Part shown: positions 27,954 to 38,032 of the stretch, piece by piece
How positions within the stretch are numbered: the first letter of the stretch is position 1
How the letters are laid out: each line of letters opens with the position of its first letter
Assembly: GCA_017395505.1 (NCBI GenBank)
Contig: JAFPUH010000001.1
Coordinates: 4,044 to 68,043, forward strand
Source: Kiritimatiellia bacterium
GTDB lineage: Bacteria > Verrucomicrobiota > Kiritimatiellia > RFP12 > UBA1067
DNA length: 64,000 nucleotides
Reading direction: 5' to 3'
Notes under the pieces: model-generated
Database searches by the model: none
Seen by the model: the letters and a program-made list of their open reading frames with translations, nothing else
What the model was told of the DNA's origin: nothing
Made by a program: the position numbers and the translations under genes

Positions 27954-28751
27954 ATGATGTTCGGGTGGATGTTTGGCAAGAAGCGAGACAAGCCGCTTAA
28001 GCTCAAGATAACGCGAGGCTCCTTGCGAAGGATTCGCAACAGATGCGGTATTCAGTTTGAGATAGGCAAGTATAAGGTCGGTCCTTACGCCAGACTTGAA
28101 CCGCCGTGCGAAGTTTCGCAGGCGGTCGATCTCAGGGGGCCGTTTTCGCTAGGGGCGTTTTCGACCATTTCGCCAACCGATGGCGTCGGTCATTTTCTGC
28201 ATAATGTCTCCATTGGCCGCTACTGCTCGATAGCCGCCGGCGTGTGGATTGCGCCAGATGAGCATCCTATAGATTGGCTTACGGCAAATCCTGTTTCATA
28301 TGCGCCGGAATGCTTTGAATGGTCTCGCCGTTGGAGGGATCGCGCGCTTCCTAAGGCAATGACGTACAACGCTGCGCGTCCTGTTGAGATCGGCAACGAT
28401 GTATGGATCGGTTCCGGCGCCTTCATAAAGGGTGGCGTGAAGATTGGCGATGGCGCTGTCGTGGCCGCCCACGCAGTAGTCGTGAAGGATGTTCCGCCAT
28501 ATGCCATAGTCGGTGGAGTTCCCGCCAAGGTCATACGTTATCGCTTTGACGCGGCAACGATAAACGAGTTGCTTGAACTCAAGTGGTGGAACTACGATCT
28601 GGCCGACTTCGGCGAGCTCGACTGGTCTGATGTGAAAGGCTGCATCGCGAGAATACGCGAAGGTATCGCTAAGGGTATTAAGCCATACGCCCCCAAGCCT
28701 GTGGTTTCTTCTGACCTACGTAGCGCTGTAAGGTGGATTGCATCCATCTAG
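27954..28751 (+). CDS. CatB/Vat-like left-handed beta-helix O-acetyltransferase
   Basis: [38 protein letters not shown]. Confidence 0.9.
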   Translation: MMFGWMFGKKRDKPLKLKITRGSLRRIRNRCGIQFEIGKYKVGPYARLEPPCEVSQAVDLRGPFSLGAFSTISPTDGVGHFLHNVSIGRYCSIAAGVWIAPDEHPIDWLTANPVSYAPECFEWSRRWRDRALPKAMTYNAARPVEIGNDVWIGSGAFIKGGVKIGDGAVVAAHAVVVKDVPPYAIVGGVPAKVIRYRFDAATINELLELKWWNYDLADFGELDWSDVKGCIARIREGIAKGIKPYAPKPVVSSDLRSAVRWIASI

Positions 28752-28861
28752 CAGATCAAACAGTCGTTTTTAATTTTATCTTGGTCGCTCAAAAAGAAAT
28801 GCTTTGGTATAATATCTGCGTCATATGGATAACAGGATACTAATCTTAGTGAGATTGAGGA

Positions 28862-29587
28862 GTGAAAGATATCTTCTCTAGATTGTTGCCTTGGCGCAAC
28901 CTATGGTGGTGGCCGAGGTGGAAAGTGCCGTCGTTCCTGATGCTGCACAGCGTTGGGGATGATGTCACTGATGAGTCTTGTCCCAACAATACGATTCGCC
29001 CCAGAGAAGTGCGAGATCTCATAGTAGCGTTGCGAAAAGACGGCTACACATTCAAGACTTTCAAGGATGCTATCGAGACAGGTGATCGTTGGACGATGTG
29101 CCTTACTTTTGATGATGGATTTGTCGACAATTATACGTTGCTCTTCCCGATACTCAAGGAGCTTGATGTACCTGCGACTCTGTTTGTTACGAGCAGAGGC
29201 AAAAGCGATAATGGCTTTCTGTCGCCAGACATGATTAGGGAGATGGATGCGAGCGGACTGGTGGAGCTCGGTGGGCATACGTCTGGCCACACGATGCTGA
29301 CTGAAGTTTCCCTTGAAGAGGCCAAGCGCGAAATCGACGAGAACAAGGCTTGGATTGAGGCAATAATTGGTCATCCGATAATAAGTTTCGCCTATCCTCG
29401 CGGTGGAGAGAACGATGATATTGTCGAGTTGGTGAAGGGTGCCGGTTACAGGTATGGCGCAGCCATGGTCAAGAAGATGCGGCCCGTTGAGACTGACCTT
29501 TTCAGGGTTCACCGCCAGATCATTCCGCGCGGAATGCCGACATGGAAGAGCGTGCTTCTTGCGACGAGAGGCAAATGGAAACTGTGA
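28862..29587 (+). CDS. polysaccharide deacetylase (CE4)
   Basis: LTFDDG, HT.GH, FAYPRG. Upstream TGGTATAAT near 28805. Confidence 0.9.
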   Translation: MKDIFSRLLPWRNLWWWPRWKVPSFLMLHSVGDDVTDESCPNNTIRPREVRDLIVALRKDGYTFKTFKDAIETGDRWTMCLTFDDGFVDNYTLLFPILKELDVPATLFVTSRGKSDNGFLSPDMIREMDASGLVELGGHTSGHTMLTEVSLEEAKREIDENKAWIEAIIGHPIISFAYPRGGENDDIVELVKGAGYRYGAAMVKKMRPVETDLFRVHRQIIPRGMPTWKSVLLATRGKWKL

Positions 29588-29592
29588 ATGAT

Positions 29593-30363
29593 ATGAAAAA
29601 AGCATATGACATGATTGCTTCTCTTGGGGGCAATTGCTCTGCAGCGATGCAGTTGAGAAATCGCGGATTGCGCTATGAGTCATATCCTCTAGATTGGGTC
29701 TACATGGAGAGTGAGAAATCCATCCGCTGGCTTTGCAAGGCCTTTGAGAATGGATTCGCCGATTTTGCGCTTCGCGAGAATATGGAGGAGATCCCCAAGG
29801 AATTGCATTCCGGCGTAGCGAAGTATTCCTTCCGCGACACGAATACCGGTTTCTGCTTCATACATCATTTCAACGATCGGATAGATATTGATCAGGCGGC
29901 CTATGATCGCGATATTGCTGTTATCCGCAAAAGAATAGAGCGGTTCCTGTGTAGGATTGAATCATCAAAGGACATCTTTTTCATACTGACCGTGAGGTTT
30001 GCGTTTGATCCAAAGACGGTAATGGACCTCAAGGCGACACTGGAGGGGCTTTATCCAGGTAAAAACTTTGATATACACGTTAAAGAATTCAATGCGAAGC
30101 TGTCCTCGCCATTGGCTATTGCCGAGAAGTGGCCCGAGGAATATCATTTTGCAGGCGGCGAACGGTATTGCTATGACTCATATCCGTATTCATTTGAGTA
30201 TGCGAGCAAAGAATGGGAGTTTCTTGACGACCTGGAAATCAAGGGGTGGACGGTCGCCAAGCCTAAAGGGTGGGCGAAGGTCATATATAAGATATGGAAG
30301 AAATCCAGCAAGTGGCTTAATGAGTGCGGCTATAGGGTTGTGGGGATAAGGTTTGGAGCGTGA
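29593..30363 (+). CDS. DUF1796-like papain-fold protein
   Basis: SLGGNC, SYPLDW, FIHHF, RI.RF. Confidence 0.78.
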   Translation: MKKAYDMIASLGGNCSAAMQLRNRGLRYESYPLDWVYMESEKSIRWLCKAFENGFADFALRENMEEIPKELHSGVAKYSFRDTNTGFCFIHHFNDRIDIDQAAYDRDIAVIRKRIERFLCRIESSKDIFFILTVRFAFDPKTVMDLKATLEGLYPGKNFDIHVKEFNAKLSSPLAIAEKWPEEYHFAGGERYCYDSYPYSFEYASKEWEFLDDLEIKGWTVAKPKGWAKVIYKIWKKSSKWLNECGYRVVGIRFGA

Positions 30364-30947
30364 CGATGAAACGGATTCTTGTAAAGTTCCTTTGCATGTT
30401 CATATTCCCTTCAAAGACAAGGAAGAGAATCCGCAACAACCTTCTAGGCAAGCCGAATACGCCGTTCAAATTGGGGCGCCACTCATATTACGGCGACCAT
30501 AGCTTTTCCATTTCGCCCGATACGGAGGTCGGCAACTTCTGTTCGATTGGCGTCGATGTCATACTTGGGCCGTCGCAACATCCGACAAATTGGTTGACGA
30601 CGCATCCTTTCCCGTATCTTTCATACAAGAAGCTGAAGCGCGTCAACTACGCCCAGAAGGCATTTGAAGCCGTACGCCCGGTAAAGGTCGGCAACGACGT
30701 CTGGATCGGCGATCGGGCGATTGTCATGGACGGACTGACAATCGGCGACGGCGCGATTGTCGCCGCAAACGCCGTTGTTACGAAGGATGTTCCGCCATAT
30801 GCGATTGTGGCGGGAGTTCCGGCGAAGATATTGCGATACCGTTTTGACAAGCCGCTTATCGACAAACTGCTTGAACTCAAGTGGTGGGATATGCCAGACG
30901 AAGAAATCGTCAAACTGCCGCTTGACCATCCGGAGGATCTGCTGTGA
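30360..30947 (+). CDS. CatB/Vat-like O-acetyltransferase
   Basis: [35 protein letters not shown]. Confidence 0.9.
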   Translation: MTMKRILVKFLCMFIFPSKTRKRIRNNLLGKPNTPFKLGRHSYYGDHSFSISPDTEVGNFCSIGVDVILGPSQHPTNWLTTHPFPYLSYKKLKRVNYAQKAFEAVRPVKVGNDVWIGDRAIVMDGLTIGDGAIVAANAVVTKDVPPYAIVAGVPAKILRYRFDKPLIDKLLELKWWDMPDEEIVKLPLDHPEDLL

Positions 30948-32002
30948 TTAGATACCAATATAGCGGCAATGGTCTTTCGGATTCGTCTTTGCCGCTGATG
31001 ACGATTCATGCGCTGTTTTACAATCAAGCGCAATTTGCGAAGGCGACATTAGAGAGCATGCTCGCCCAGACCTACGGCAATACGGAGGTCGTGGTATCCG
31101 ACGACTGTTCGCCGGATGGAACTGGCGATGTATTGCTAGAGGTTGCAAAAAACTATAAAGGTCCGCACAAGGTAGTAGTCAACATCAACGAAAAGAATCT
31201 GGGCATCGGCGACCACTTTGCGCATGTCTTGTCGCTTTCGCATGGCGAGTGGCAGACTTCTCTTGGCGGAGACGATATCGCCGAGCCCGACTATCTGCAG
31301 ACAATATACGGCTACATCAAGAGATATCCAAATGTCGTCTCCATCGGATCGTCTGCATTGAAGATCGACGAAGAGGATAATGTAATTGGCGAGGCGTATG
31401 TCGTAAGCGAGCCCAAGGTCTATCCTAGATATGAGTCCGGTCCGCTGACTTATTCCTTGAATCCCGGTGATGATGTTGCAGTCGTTCTTGTAACGGGGTG
31501 TGTGGCGACATTCAGCAAGAAACTTTTGGAAGCGCTGCCATTCCCGCGCGGCATAATGGCGGAGGATGCGTTTTTGGGCTTCCGCGCATCGCTTCTGGGG
31601 GATGTATTGTTTATCCCGGAGAAGTGTGTAAGGCAGCGGATAAATGGTGCAAGCATAATGCGAAAGGGTCGGCTTTCAAAAGGCCGGGCGGAGAGAAAGA
31701 AGTTTCGCCGTCGCATGTCGGCAATGACATTTACAACGCTTGATGCAGTACTGAAGGAGGTCCCGCTTTTAAGAGCCGATGTCAATAGCGAAGCTTTAGA
31801 CACACTTTTGTTTGAAGTTTCAGAAAGTCTGCTCGGCTCATTTTACGTGCCCGATCCATTAGGCGCCAATTATCCCAAATACCGTGAGGCGGTGCGCATG
31901 GTTTTGAGACGCAAGAGCATATTTAAGGTGCTGGGTTATGCGAGGGCAAGAGGTCTGTTTTGGCCCACACTTAAGCTGATGGTGAAAGGAATGTTTTCAT
32001 GA
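30944..32002 (+). CDS. GT2 glycosyltransferase
   Basis: [21 protein letters not shown]. Confidence 0.9.
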   Translation: MIRYQYSGNGLSDSSLPLMTIHALFYNQAQFAKATLESMLAQTYGNTEVVVSDDCSPDGTGDVLLEVAKNYKGPHKVVVNINEKNLGIGDHFAHVLSLSHGEWQTSLGGDDIAEPDYLQTIYGYIKRYPNVVSIGSSALKIDEEDNVIGEAYVVSEPKVYPRYESGPLTYSLNPGDDVAVVLVTGCVATFSKKLLEALPFPRGIMAEDAFLGFRASLLGDVLFIPEKCVRQRINGASIMRKGRLSKGRAERKKFRRRMSAMTFTTLDAVLKEVPLLRADVNSEALDTLLFEVSESLLGSFYVPDPLGANYPKYREAVRMVLRRKSIFKVLGYARARGLFWPTLKLMVKGMFS

Positions 32003-32409
32003 CACCCATTGCAGAGGTTTTGGAGTTTCCTATTCATGGCGACCACACGGGATCGCTCGTAGCGTTGGAGAAGGGGGATGATTTTCCCTTTGAGATAAAG
32101 CGCGTATACTACATTTGGGGGACGGCTCCTCACGTCGTGCGTGGCCATCACGCCCACAAGAATCTCGAGCAGGTCGTCGTCTGCACTTCGGGTTCTTGCG
32201 ACTTCATACTGGACGATGGAACAAGGCGCGAAACATATCACCTCGCCTCGCCTGCGAAAGGGCTTCACATAAAGAACAATGTCTGGCGCGAATTCACCAA
32301 CTTCTCGCCAGACTGCGTCGTCATGGTGCTCGCGAGCGAGCACTACAACGAAGCAGACTACATCCGCAACTACGACGACTTTTTGCGGAGCGTGGGTAAA
32401 GGGGCTTAG
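31999..32409 (+). CDS. fdtA: dTDP-4-keto-6-deoxyhexose 3,4-isomerase (FdtA/QdtA cupin)
   Basis: GSLVALE, PFEIKRVYY, RGHHAHK, VLAS..Y...DYIR.Y. The Fdt versus Qdt stereochemistry cannot be determined from sequence by eye. Confidence 0.88.
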   Translation: MTPIAEVLEFPIHGDHTGSLVALEKGDDFPFEIKRVYYIWGTAPHVVRGHHAHKNLEQVVVCTSGSCDFILDDGTRRETYHLASPAKGLHIKNNVWREFTNFSPDCVVMVLASEHYNEADYIRNYDDFLRSVGKGA

Positions 32410-33281
32410 ATTTTGCCCCAGCGGAAGCCTTTCGTATTGTAGTCGGGATATTTCGCCAGCCAGCTATCGAAGAACGCGCGAGCACGGTGAAGCTGGCGCT
32501 TCGCCTTCGGATCGCCGCCGTGCGTGTGGACGCCTATCGCCAGCGCAACGGGAACGGCCTTTTTCGGGTCCTTCACTTCGGGGTGGACCTCGAAGAACTC
32601 ATGGGTGAAGGCATCCTTCCACGATATTGTCATTCTTCGGCCATCCTCCGATACGCTCACCCCGCTAACGTCATACTTGCCGCTGCTCATGGTCTTGCCG
32701 TTCTGCGTGTAGTACGCGATAGAAAGGCCGTCCTCCGCGCCTATCTTGTCGGGGGAGAATCCCCAGTCAGGCAGAAGGAACAGGTTTTCGCCTTCGATTA
32801 TGATGTCTTCGCCGAAGACCAGGGTGCGGTCGGTCTTTGCGGAGCGGCTGTACATTCGGTTTATCACTACCTTCGGACCAGTGTTCCTGATGTAGGGGGA
32901 TACACCGGTCAGGGCAAGCATCTCCTTCACCCGCTTCAAAGGTCTGATGCAGAGCGAAAGCTTGTGCTTCTCGGGGTCGAACGTCTCGCCAGGTTCGTCG
33001 AAGCGGCCTTCGATGTTGACGCCTATCGAGAAGTAGTCTCCGACGCGGCGCGTGTTGCCGTCCGTTAGCGTTTTGGCGATGACGGTGTCGAAGAAGTGCT
33101 CGATCATCATCTTCATGGCGGACTGCGGAATGTTCAGGAAGCGCGACGCCATCACCTCGGAGAGCACCTCATCATAGCTCAACGTCCGTGAATTGCGCCA
33201 TCTGGCGATGTATCCGCCGCCGCCCGGGAATTTCTCGGGTATCGCCTGAAGCTTTATTTCCTTCTTCGTCTCGGTAAGCAT
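32406..33281 (-). CDS. HU-like DNA-binding protein with C-terminal Ig-like domain
   Basis: Y.A....RTL...E....DG..RVGDYFS...G.F HU-like pattern, then P....N....G.DI.I.GENL. AGGAGG RBS before ATG 33281. Confidence 0.65.
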   Translation of the reverse strand: MLTETKKEIKLQAIPEKFPGGGGYIARWRNSRTLSYDEVLSEVMASRFLNIPQSAMKMMIEHFFDTVIAKTLTDGNTRRVGDYFSIGVNIEGRFDEPGETFDPEKHKLSLCIRPLKRVKEMLALTGVSPYIRNTGPKVVINRMYSRSAKTDRTLVFGEDIIIEGENLFLLPDWGFSPDKIGAEDGLSIAYYTQNGKTMSSGKYDVSGVSVSEDGRRMTISWKDAFTHEFFEVHPEVKDPKKAVPVALAIGVHTHGGDPKAKRQLHRARAFFDSWLAKYPDYNTKGFRWGKI

Positions 33282-33308
33282 ATCTGGTCCTCCTATGGTT
33301 AAAAATCT

Positions 33309-33452
33309 TTTCAACTGACATTATATCATATCTCAACTGACAAAACAACCAAAGTCTACAGATAAATTTTTATATGTCAGTTGACAAATAAAAATCTTTC
33401 AACTGATAAAAAATAATTTGGCAGTTGACAAAATATAGTTTGTCAACTGACA
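33309..33452. repeat. phased array of 7 copies of TGTCAnnTGACA-like palindrome, 22-bp period
   Basis: 10-bp cores start at 33311, 33333, 33355, 33377, 33399, 33421 and 33443. Confidence 0.9.
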
Positions 33453-33523
33453 AATATCTAATGCCTAACGACTATCAAAAGCACCTTAGCTCAAAAGCAG
33501 GGTTGGAAAAGACTGTGACAAGA

Positions 33524-33544
33524 GCATCGCCGATTAGGCGATGC
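33524..33544 (-). terminator. hairpin downstream of the minus-strand GT2 gene
   Basis: GCATCGCC-GATTA-GGCGATGC, 5 nt past the stop; the U-tract is weak. Confidence 0.6.
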
Positions 33545-33549
33545 CGGTT

Positions 33550-34578
33550 TTAGACTAGGCGCTTTTTTTGTAATCTCTTGCGTATTTTATTGTATACGAA
33601 GAGCATTATTCGATATTTCAGCTTGATCTTCTTGCCTTTTGCTCCTGCATCGTTAAAAGCAGAAATCAGCTCCCTGTTTTTATGGCACGACGAGGCAACA
33701 TTGAAGAACATTTCTTTTATATAATCGGCGAATGCAAAATCCTGATTCAATTCGTTTAACGCCACAACGCACAAAGATAGGTTTTTATACGCCTCGTAGA
33801 AGAAAAATGCATTGTATTTATCTTCAAAATATGCATTGTAATCCAAATAGCATTGTGCCTGTATGATGTTTTTCTCAAATTCCGTCAGTCGAGACCAAAT
33901 GCCCGATGTCAGAAGACGATAAATGCCACTTGGCTTGGGGTCGTAGTGGGCTTTACCATATTTCAGATGCATCAGATACCTGTCAAAATCTCCCTCAAAT
34001 GAACGTTCCGAAATTGTGCCCACGGCCTTTTCCATTATACTGGGAACGCCGTTGATAAAAATCACATTCCGAAAAAACGTCCCTGTGGTTTGCGTCATGC
34101 AGATGCTGCGCTTAAAGTAATCGTCCAACGTAAAATCAGAAGAAGAGATATTTTGCGGGACAAACAAATGCTCGCTGCCATCTTCTGCCTGACAAACGAC
34201 ATTCCTGGAATATATGACATAATCAGGATGTGAGTCCAAGAAGTTGACAGCACTTTGCAGATAATCCATATCAGTCCAACAGTCATCCGCATCAAGCAAA
34301 CAGAAGTATGGGGTTTTTGTTATGGCCTTGGCTCTTAATACATTCTTGAGATACCCACCATTCTCCTGATTGTAAAGCACCTTTATCTTTTCTGGAAATT
34401 TGGCTTCGTATTGCTTAATTATTTCAACGCTTTTATCTTTTGTCGAGAAATCATCAGTAATAAGCAACTGGAAAGCGAAATCCACCTTTTGGTTTAAGAC
34501 GGATTCAATTGCACAGGAGACATATTTCTCCTGATTGTAATTGGACATAATTACGGTTACTTTGCAGTCTCCGCGCAT
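33550..34578 (-). CDS. GT2 glycosyltransferase
   Basis: YNQEKY..AIESVLNQ, DDFST, LDADD.W. Confidence 0.92.
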   Translation of the reverse strand: MRGDCKVTVIMSNYNQEKYVSCAIESVLNQKVDFAFQLLITDDFSTKDKSVEIIKQYEAKFPEKIKVLYNQENGGYLKNVLRAKAITKTPYFCLLDADDCWTDMDYLQSAVNFLDSHPDYVIYSRNVVCQAEDGSEHLFVPQNISSSDFTLDDYFKRSICMTQTTGTFFRNVIFINGVPSIMEKAVGTISERSFEGDFDRYLMHLKYGKAHYDPKPSGIYRLLTSGIWSRLTEFEKNIIQAQCYLDYNAYFEDKYNAFFFYEAYKNLSLCVVALNELNQDFAFADYIKEMFFNVASSCHKNRELISAFNDAGAKGKKIKLKYRIMLFVYNKIRKRLQKKRLV

Positions 34579-35960
34579 ATCTTCTTCCTCCGGCGCCTGT
34601 AGCTGATCTTTATGAACCCAAAAATAACAATCGTCCGGCGCTCCCCGTTTTTTATTTTTTCAAACACCTTAACTCTAAAAGGTGCGCCTGCACATCCCCA
34701 CCTTTCAAACCTCTTGATCATTTTGCAATCTTTGACATCCTTAGGGACTTCATGTCTCTTTTGCTTCATACTAAGCAAGACATCAAGTGTTATAAATTTT
34801 AATCCATGATAATAAAAATGATAATTGGGATTTTCAATGATCTTTTTCTTGGGGAAAGGATAATACTTTAACTCGCTATCATGATTTGATAGGGTTTCGG
34901 TCTGAACATCAAACGAACAGGGTCCATTATATAGGAAGTCAAAATCACTGCATTGCCTTAGCCCATATACACCAAATGGTGTGCTACCTGCTCCACATAG
35001 GCATTCAATGTCTACATTGTTTGAGGCTGCCACCACTTTCAGATCTTCAATCATTTGATCAAATCTGATATCCTCGTAGATAAACGGGCGACGGTTTATC
35101 ATTCTCAATGAATTTTCATTGAAATATGTCTCTGCCAACCATATTGCCTCTTCGCGCGAATCATTTATATGTATGCTGAAATTGCCTATTTTAAATAAAT
35201 CTCGGATTTCACTCTTTGCCTTAATAACCTTCTGAATATCATCGCATACAAAAACAAACACTCTTAATGGACTCTTGCCCATGCATTCTCTTGCATGCAT
35301 TTGGGCGCCGGCAAATTTATTCGAAACAGTGCCGATCCACGGCTCTTTTTCCCAAAATGAACCGTATGAAAGCTTCTTAAGATTGACATAGCCGTCGAAA
35401 GTGAGGCGGACACTTTTCTTATAATAAACAAAACCATACTTCTCCAGAATACTGACAACCTCTGTGTCTTTTGCTTGGTCAGTTACAGAATGAAGGTTTA
35501 CGATATATGCATTGGGGTTTAGTTTTACATATTCCAGTGCGCCAAAATCCATGATCTTAGGATCCATCTTCTGACAGATGAAGAACCTATAATCATATAG
35601 ATCACGCCTCCCGTCTGGTTCCGTTGCAACACCTTTGTTTAAATATGCACAAACAGAAAGCCTATGTGCGCCATCGCTTATCTCACCATTATCGCCAATA
35701 GGAACGAGCCCCTTTGATTCATTATATCCTACACCTTTTATAGACTCATATAAAGCATCAAAACTTTTTAGGAAATCGGCGGGGGAATTTTTGGGCTTTC
35801 CATCACTAGGCTCATCTTCGTGAAAATCGTTAAACGCCCTGATGCTTTCTAAATAAGCAGCTCTTACAAATTGATTATCAGGATACTTTAAATATAAAAA
35901 CTTGAAGATCAGGTCGAATCTTCTTTGCTTAAGAAATAACAGTCTCGCATCATGTATCAT
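34557..35960 (-). CDS. multi-domain hypothetical protein (ParB/Srx-like motif plus nucleotidyltransferase-like motif)
   Basis: DGAHRL near the N-terminus and GS......GLR...DFDF in the C-terminal third. ATGA-coupled to the upstream GNAT gene. Confidence 0.65.
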   Translation of the reverse strand: MIHDARLLFLKQRRFDLIFKFLYLKYPDNQFVRAAYLESIRAFNDFHEDEPSDGKPKNSPADFLKSFDALYESIKGVGYNESKGLVPIGDNGEISDGAHRLSVCAYLNKGVATEPDGRRDLYDYRFFICQKMDPKIMDFGALEYVKLNPNAYIVNLHSVTDQAKDTEVVSILEKYGFVYYKKSVRLTFDGYVNLKKLSYGSFWEKEPWIGTVSNKFAGAQMHARECMGKSPLRVFVFVCDDIQKVIKAKSEIRDLFKIGNFSIHINDSREEAIWLAETYFNENSLRMINRRPFIYEDIRFDQMIEDLKVVAASNNVDIECLCGAGSTPFGVYGLRQCSDFDFLYNGPCSFDVQTETLSNHDSELKYYPFPKKKIIENPNYHFYYHGLKFITLDVLLSMKQKRHEVPKDVKDCKMIKRFERWGCAGAPFRVKVFEKIKNGERRTIVIFGFIKISYRRRRKKICAETAK

Positions 35961-36892
35961 AGAGATATCTCCCAAGTATTATAGACCGCAGTTCTTCCAC
36001 CAAAGCCCTCCTTTTGGCTTATCAGGCCTTCGTTCAGAATACGCCCATCGTCTTCAGTGGAAATTCCAAAGTCGAAATACGCCTTTGTCTCAGCAAAACG
36101 ATCCATCAAGGTTTTGATCAACAAGTCTAAACCGCCGATTTCACGTGCGCTTTCGTCGGCTGCCATATATTGCGTATGCACCACATCGCCGTAAACAAAA
36201 AGCAATGTCGCCGCAATCATCCGCCCCTGCCATTCCGCAGACCAAAGTTGTATGTTGTCGCAGAACCTTGATTTCAACAGGTGCAACTCTTCGGAATTAT
36301 GAACGGCTTTTGTCGCATGGCGTTCGCCCAATACGCTGTTCTCCAGCTGGATGAAGCCGTCGAAGTCTGTTGACTCCTTTACGGACACCCCCTCACGCTT
36401 CGCCCTGGAAACTTGCGCCTTGCGTCCCTTCGGCATCTTGAAGGGCCTTTTCAGCGCCACCGTGGTGGAAGGCTCGACCTTCAGGAGATGGGCGCCGCTT
36501 CTGTATAGTGCATATAGATCCTCTTCTGCAGGGCTATGATGGAATATGTGCGGAATTGTCTTATATATGATTGTCTTCACGCCGCATTCGCCGTAATGCC
36601 GCTTCATTGCGTCAAAGCATTCCAGCATGGTATGCTGCTTCATCTGCTCGCCGTATATCATGCCGCCATACGTAAGTCCGCCGTGTGAGATAATCTTCTC
36701 ACCATGCGCGGAGGCAGGCAATACCGCCATCAGATCATTGTCCCTGTATAACATGAGCGAGGCATCTTTAAACCTGTCGGAATGATAATCCATATAGCCG
36801 CGTTCAAACATGAACATCGGCATCCTTGAATTCTGGACGAATCTGTCCCAGATTTCTAGGTCGTTGGATGTGTATGGCCGTATGGCAATCAT
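35957..36892 (-). CDS. FemAB-like double-GNAT N-acyltransferase
   Basis: W..FV..S, YMDYHSDRF.D.SL, SHGGLTYGG, HTQY, FDFGISTE, KEGFG. Confidence 0.85.
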   Translation of the reverse strand: MIAIRPYTSNDLEIWDRFVQNSRMPMFMFERGYMDYHSDRFKDASLMLYRDNDLMAVLPASAHGEKIISHGGLTYGGMIYGEQMKQHTMLECFDAMKRHYGECGVKTIIYKTIPHIFHHSPAEEDLYALYRSGAHLLKVEPSTTVALKRPFKMPKGRKAQVSRAKREGVSVKESTDFDGFIQLENSVLGERHATKAVHNSEELHLLKSRFCDNIQLWSAEWQGRMIAATLLFVYGDVVHTQYMAADESAREIGGLDLLIKTLMDRFAETKAYFDFGISTEDDGRILNEGLISQKEGFGGRTAVYNTWEISL

Positions 36893-36935
36893 CGTTTAGC
36901 GATCCTTTATATTGCGCCATATTCATCCGGCCTAT

Positions 36936-36953
36936 GTCTTCTGTAGCACAGAA
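36936..36953 (+). repeat. left inverted repeat (IRL) GTCTTCTGTAGCACAGAA
   Basis: Exact reverse complement of 38033-38050. Confidence 0.95.
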
Positions 36954-37020
36954 CCGTGAGGCTGATGCGCACACGGCGTAGAACATAGGACGTAGGTGTG
37001 GTTTGTTATCATCACTGCGT

Positions 37021-37029
37021 ATTATACCA
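37021..37029 (-). promoter_or_regulatory. extended -10 promoter TGGTATAAT inside the invertible segment, facing IRL and the GNAT operon
   Basis: ATTATACCA on the + strand; the same motif precedes many genes in this window. Confidence 0.8.
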
Positions 37030-37058
37030 AATTTTACAGCGTGGTGGGGAAAATAATT

Positions 37059-37067
37059 TGCTATGAT
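37059..37067 (+). promoter_or_regulatory. extended -10 TGCTATGAT for the recombinase
   Basis: Near-consensus TGnTATAAT about 30 nt before the ATG; AAAGG RBS. Confidence 0.55.
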
Positions 37068-37098
37068 GGACTGAACTTGAATCGAAAGGAATTACATC

Positions 37099-38016
37099 AT
37101 GAATCCAGATAAAACAACGTTTGCAGACATACTGTCCGCCTACACAAAAGCCGCGAGAGCAGAACGAGCAGCCACTGGTTCGCCCTGCGAATCAACCGTC
37201 AAGACAAACATTGGCACCACAAGGAACATATTGAAGAGGTGCAATATCTCAGAGGATGCGCCTCTGTCAAGTCTCACGCGGCAGATGTTGGCGGATTATG
37301 TAGTGCAATGCTGCGAGTGCGGTAGGCCATTGATATCGATCAAAAGCGACATTGAGCGTCTGAACGCGCTTTTTGCAATATGGACAGAGCCGCATTACGA
37401 GTATCTGCTTGGAGCGGAGTTGGGCCGCGCATTCCGATTTCCGGTACCGAGAGTGAAAGCTAGCGCTCAACGCTACACGCGCCCTGCGAGGGAGCTGCTG
37501 ATGGCGGTCAAGGCATGGTATGCAAATCTTCAAATGAACGCCAGATGCGAGGGGAAATGGATCGCGGCGACGTTGATGCTTGAGTTTGCTATGCGCAATG
37601 GTGACATCGGGCGTCTCAGATGGGACAATATAGTGGAAAAGGACGGCCGTTGCTATCTGTCGTATACGCCGCACAAGACCAAGCTTTCGTCTGGGCGCAT
37701 CGTGGTTTGGCCGGTGCATGACGACATATGGAAAGTGCTCAAGGCAATCAAAGCCAAAAGCCGTAACGAACTTGTCCTTCCCAGGGCGGCGGGGCAGATC
37801 GCACGCATAACGAGAGAGCTCCGAAGCATGGGCTTCAGAGGCAGCAAGGGAGCGTATGAACTTCGAAAAATCTGCATTGATCATGTCTACCAGAACTATG
37901 GAGCGGAAATGGCAACATCCATCAGCGGAGACAACCTAAAAACGATTTTGCGCTACTATGCCGATCCGTCCGCCCTCAATGTGATGGGCGTGCGCATATT
38001 CGACCTGATCAAGTAG
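37099..38016 (+). CDS. tyrosine recombinase (integrase/invertase)
   Basis: AMRNGDI..L.WDNI (box I Arg), PHKTK (Lys), YELRK (HxxR variant), SGD...ILRYY (catalytic Tyr). Confidence 0.85.
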   Translation: MNPDKTTFADILSAYTKAARAERAATGSPCESTVKTNIGTTRNILKRCNISEDAPLSSLTRQMLADYVVQCCECGRPLISIKSDIERLNALFAIWTEPHYEYLLGAELGRAFRFPVPRVKASAQRYTRPARELLMAVKAWYANLQMNARCEGKWIAATLMLEFAMRNGDIGRLRWDNIVEKDGRCYLSYTPHKTKLSSGRIVVWPVHDDIWKVLKAIKAKSRNELVLPRAAGQIARITRELRSMGFRGSKGAYELRKICIDHVYQNYGAEMATSISGDNLKTILRYYADPSALNVMGVRIFDLIK

Positions 38017-38032
38017 GTCGTCTGTATTATTC

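Noticed and set aside
27142-27957. 271-aa plus-strand ORF
   Set aside because: Antisense to the toxin-antitoxin pair, which has recognisable motifs, an RBS and an operator.
33309-33452. Possible CRISPR array
   Set aside because: The 22-bp period and ~12-bp degenerate repeats are too short, orientation alternates, and no cas genes are present.
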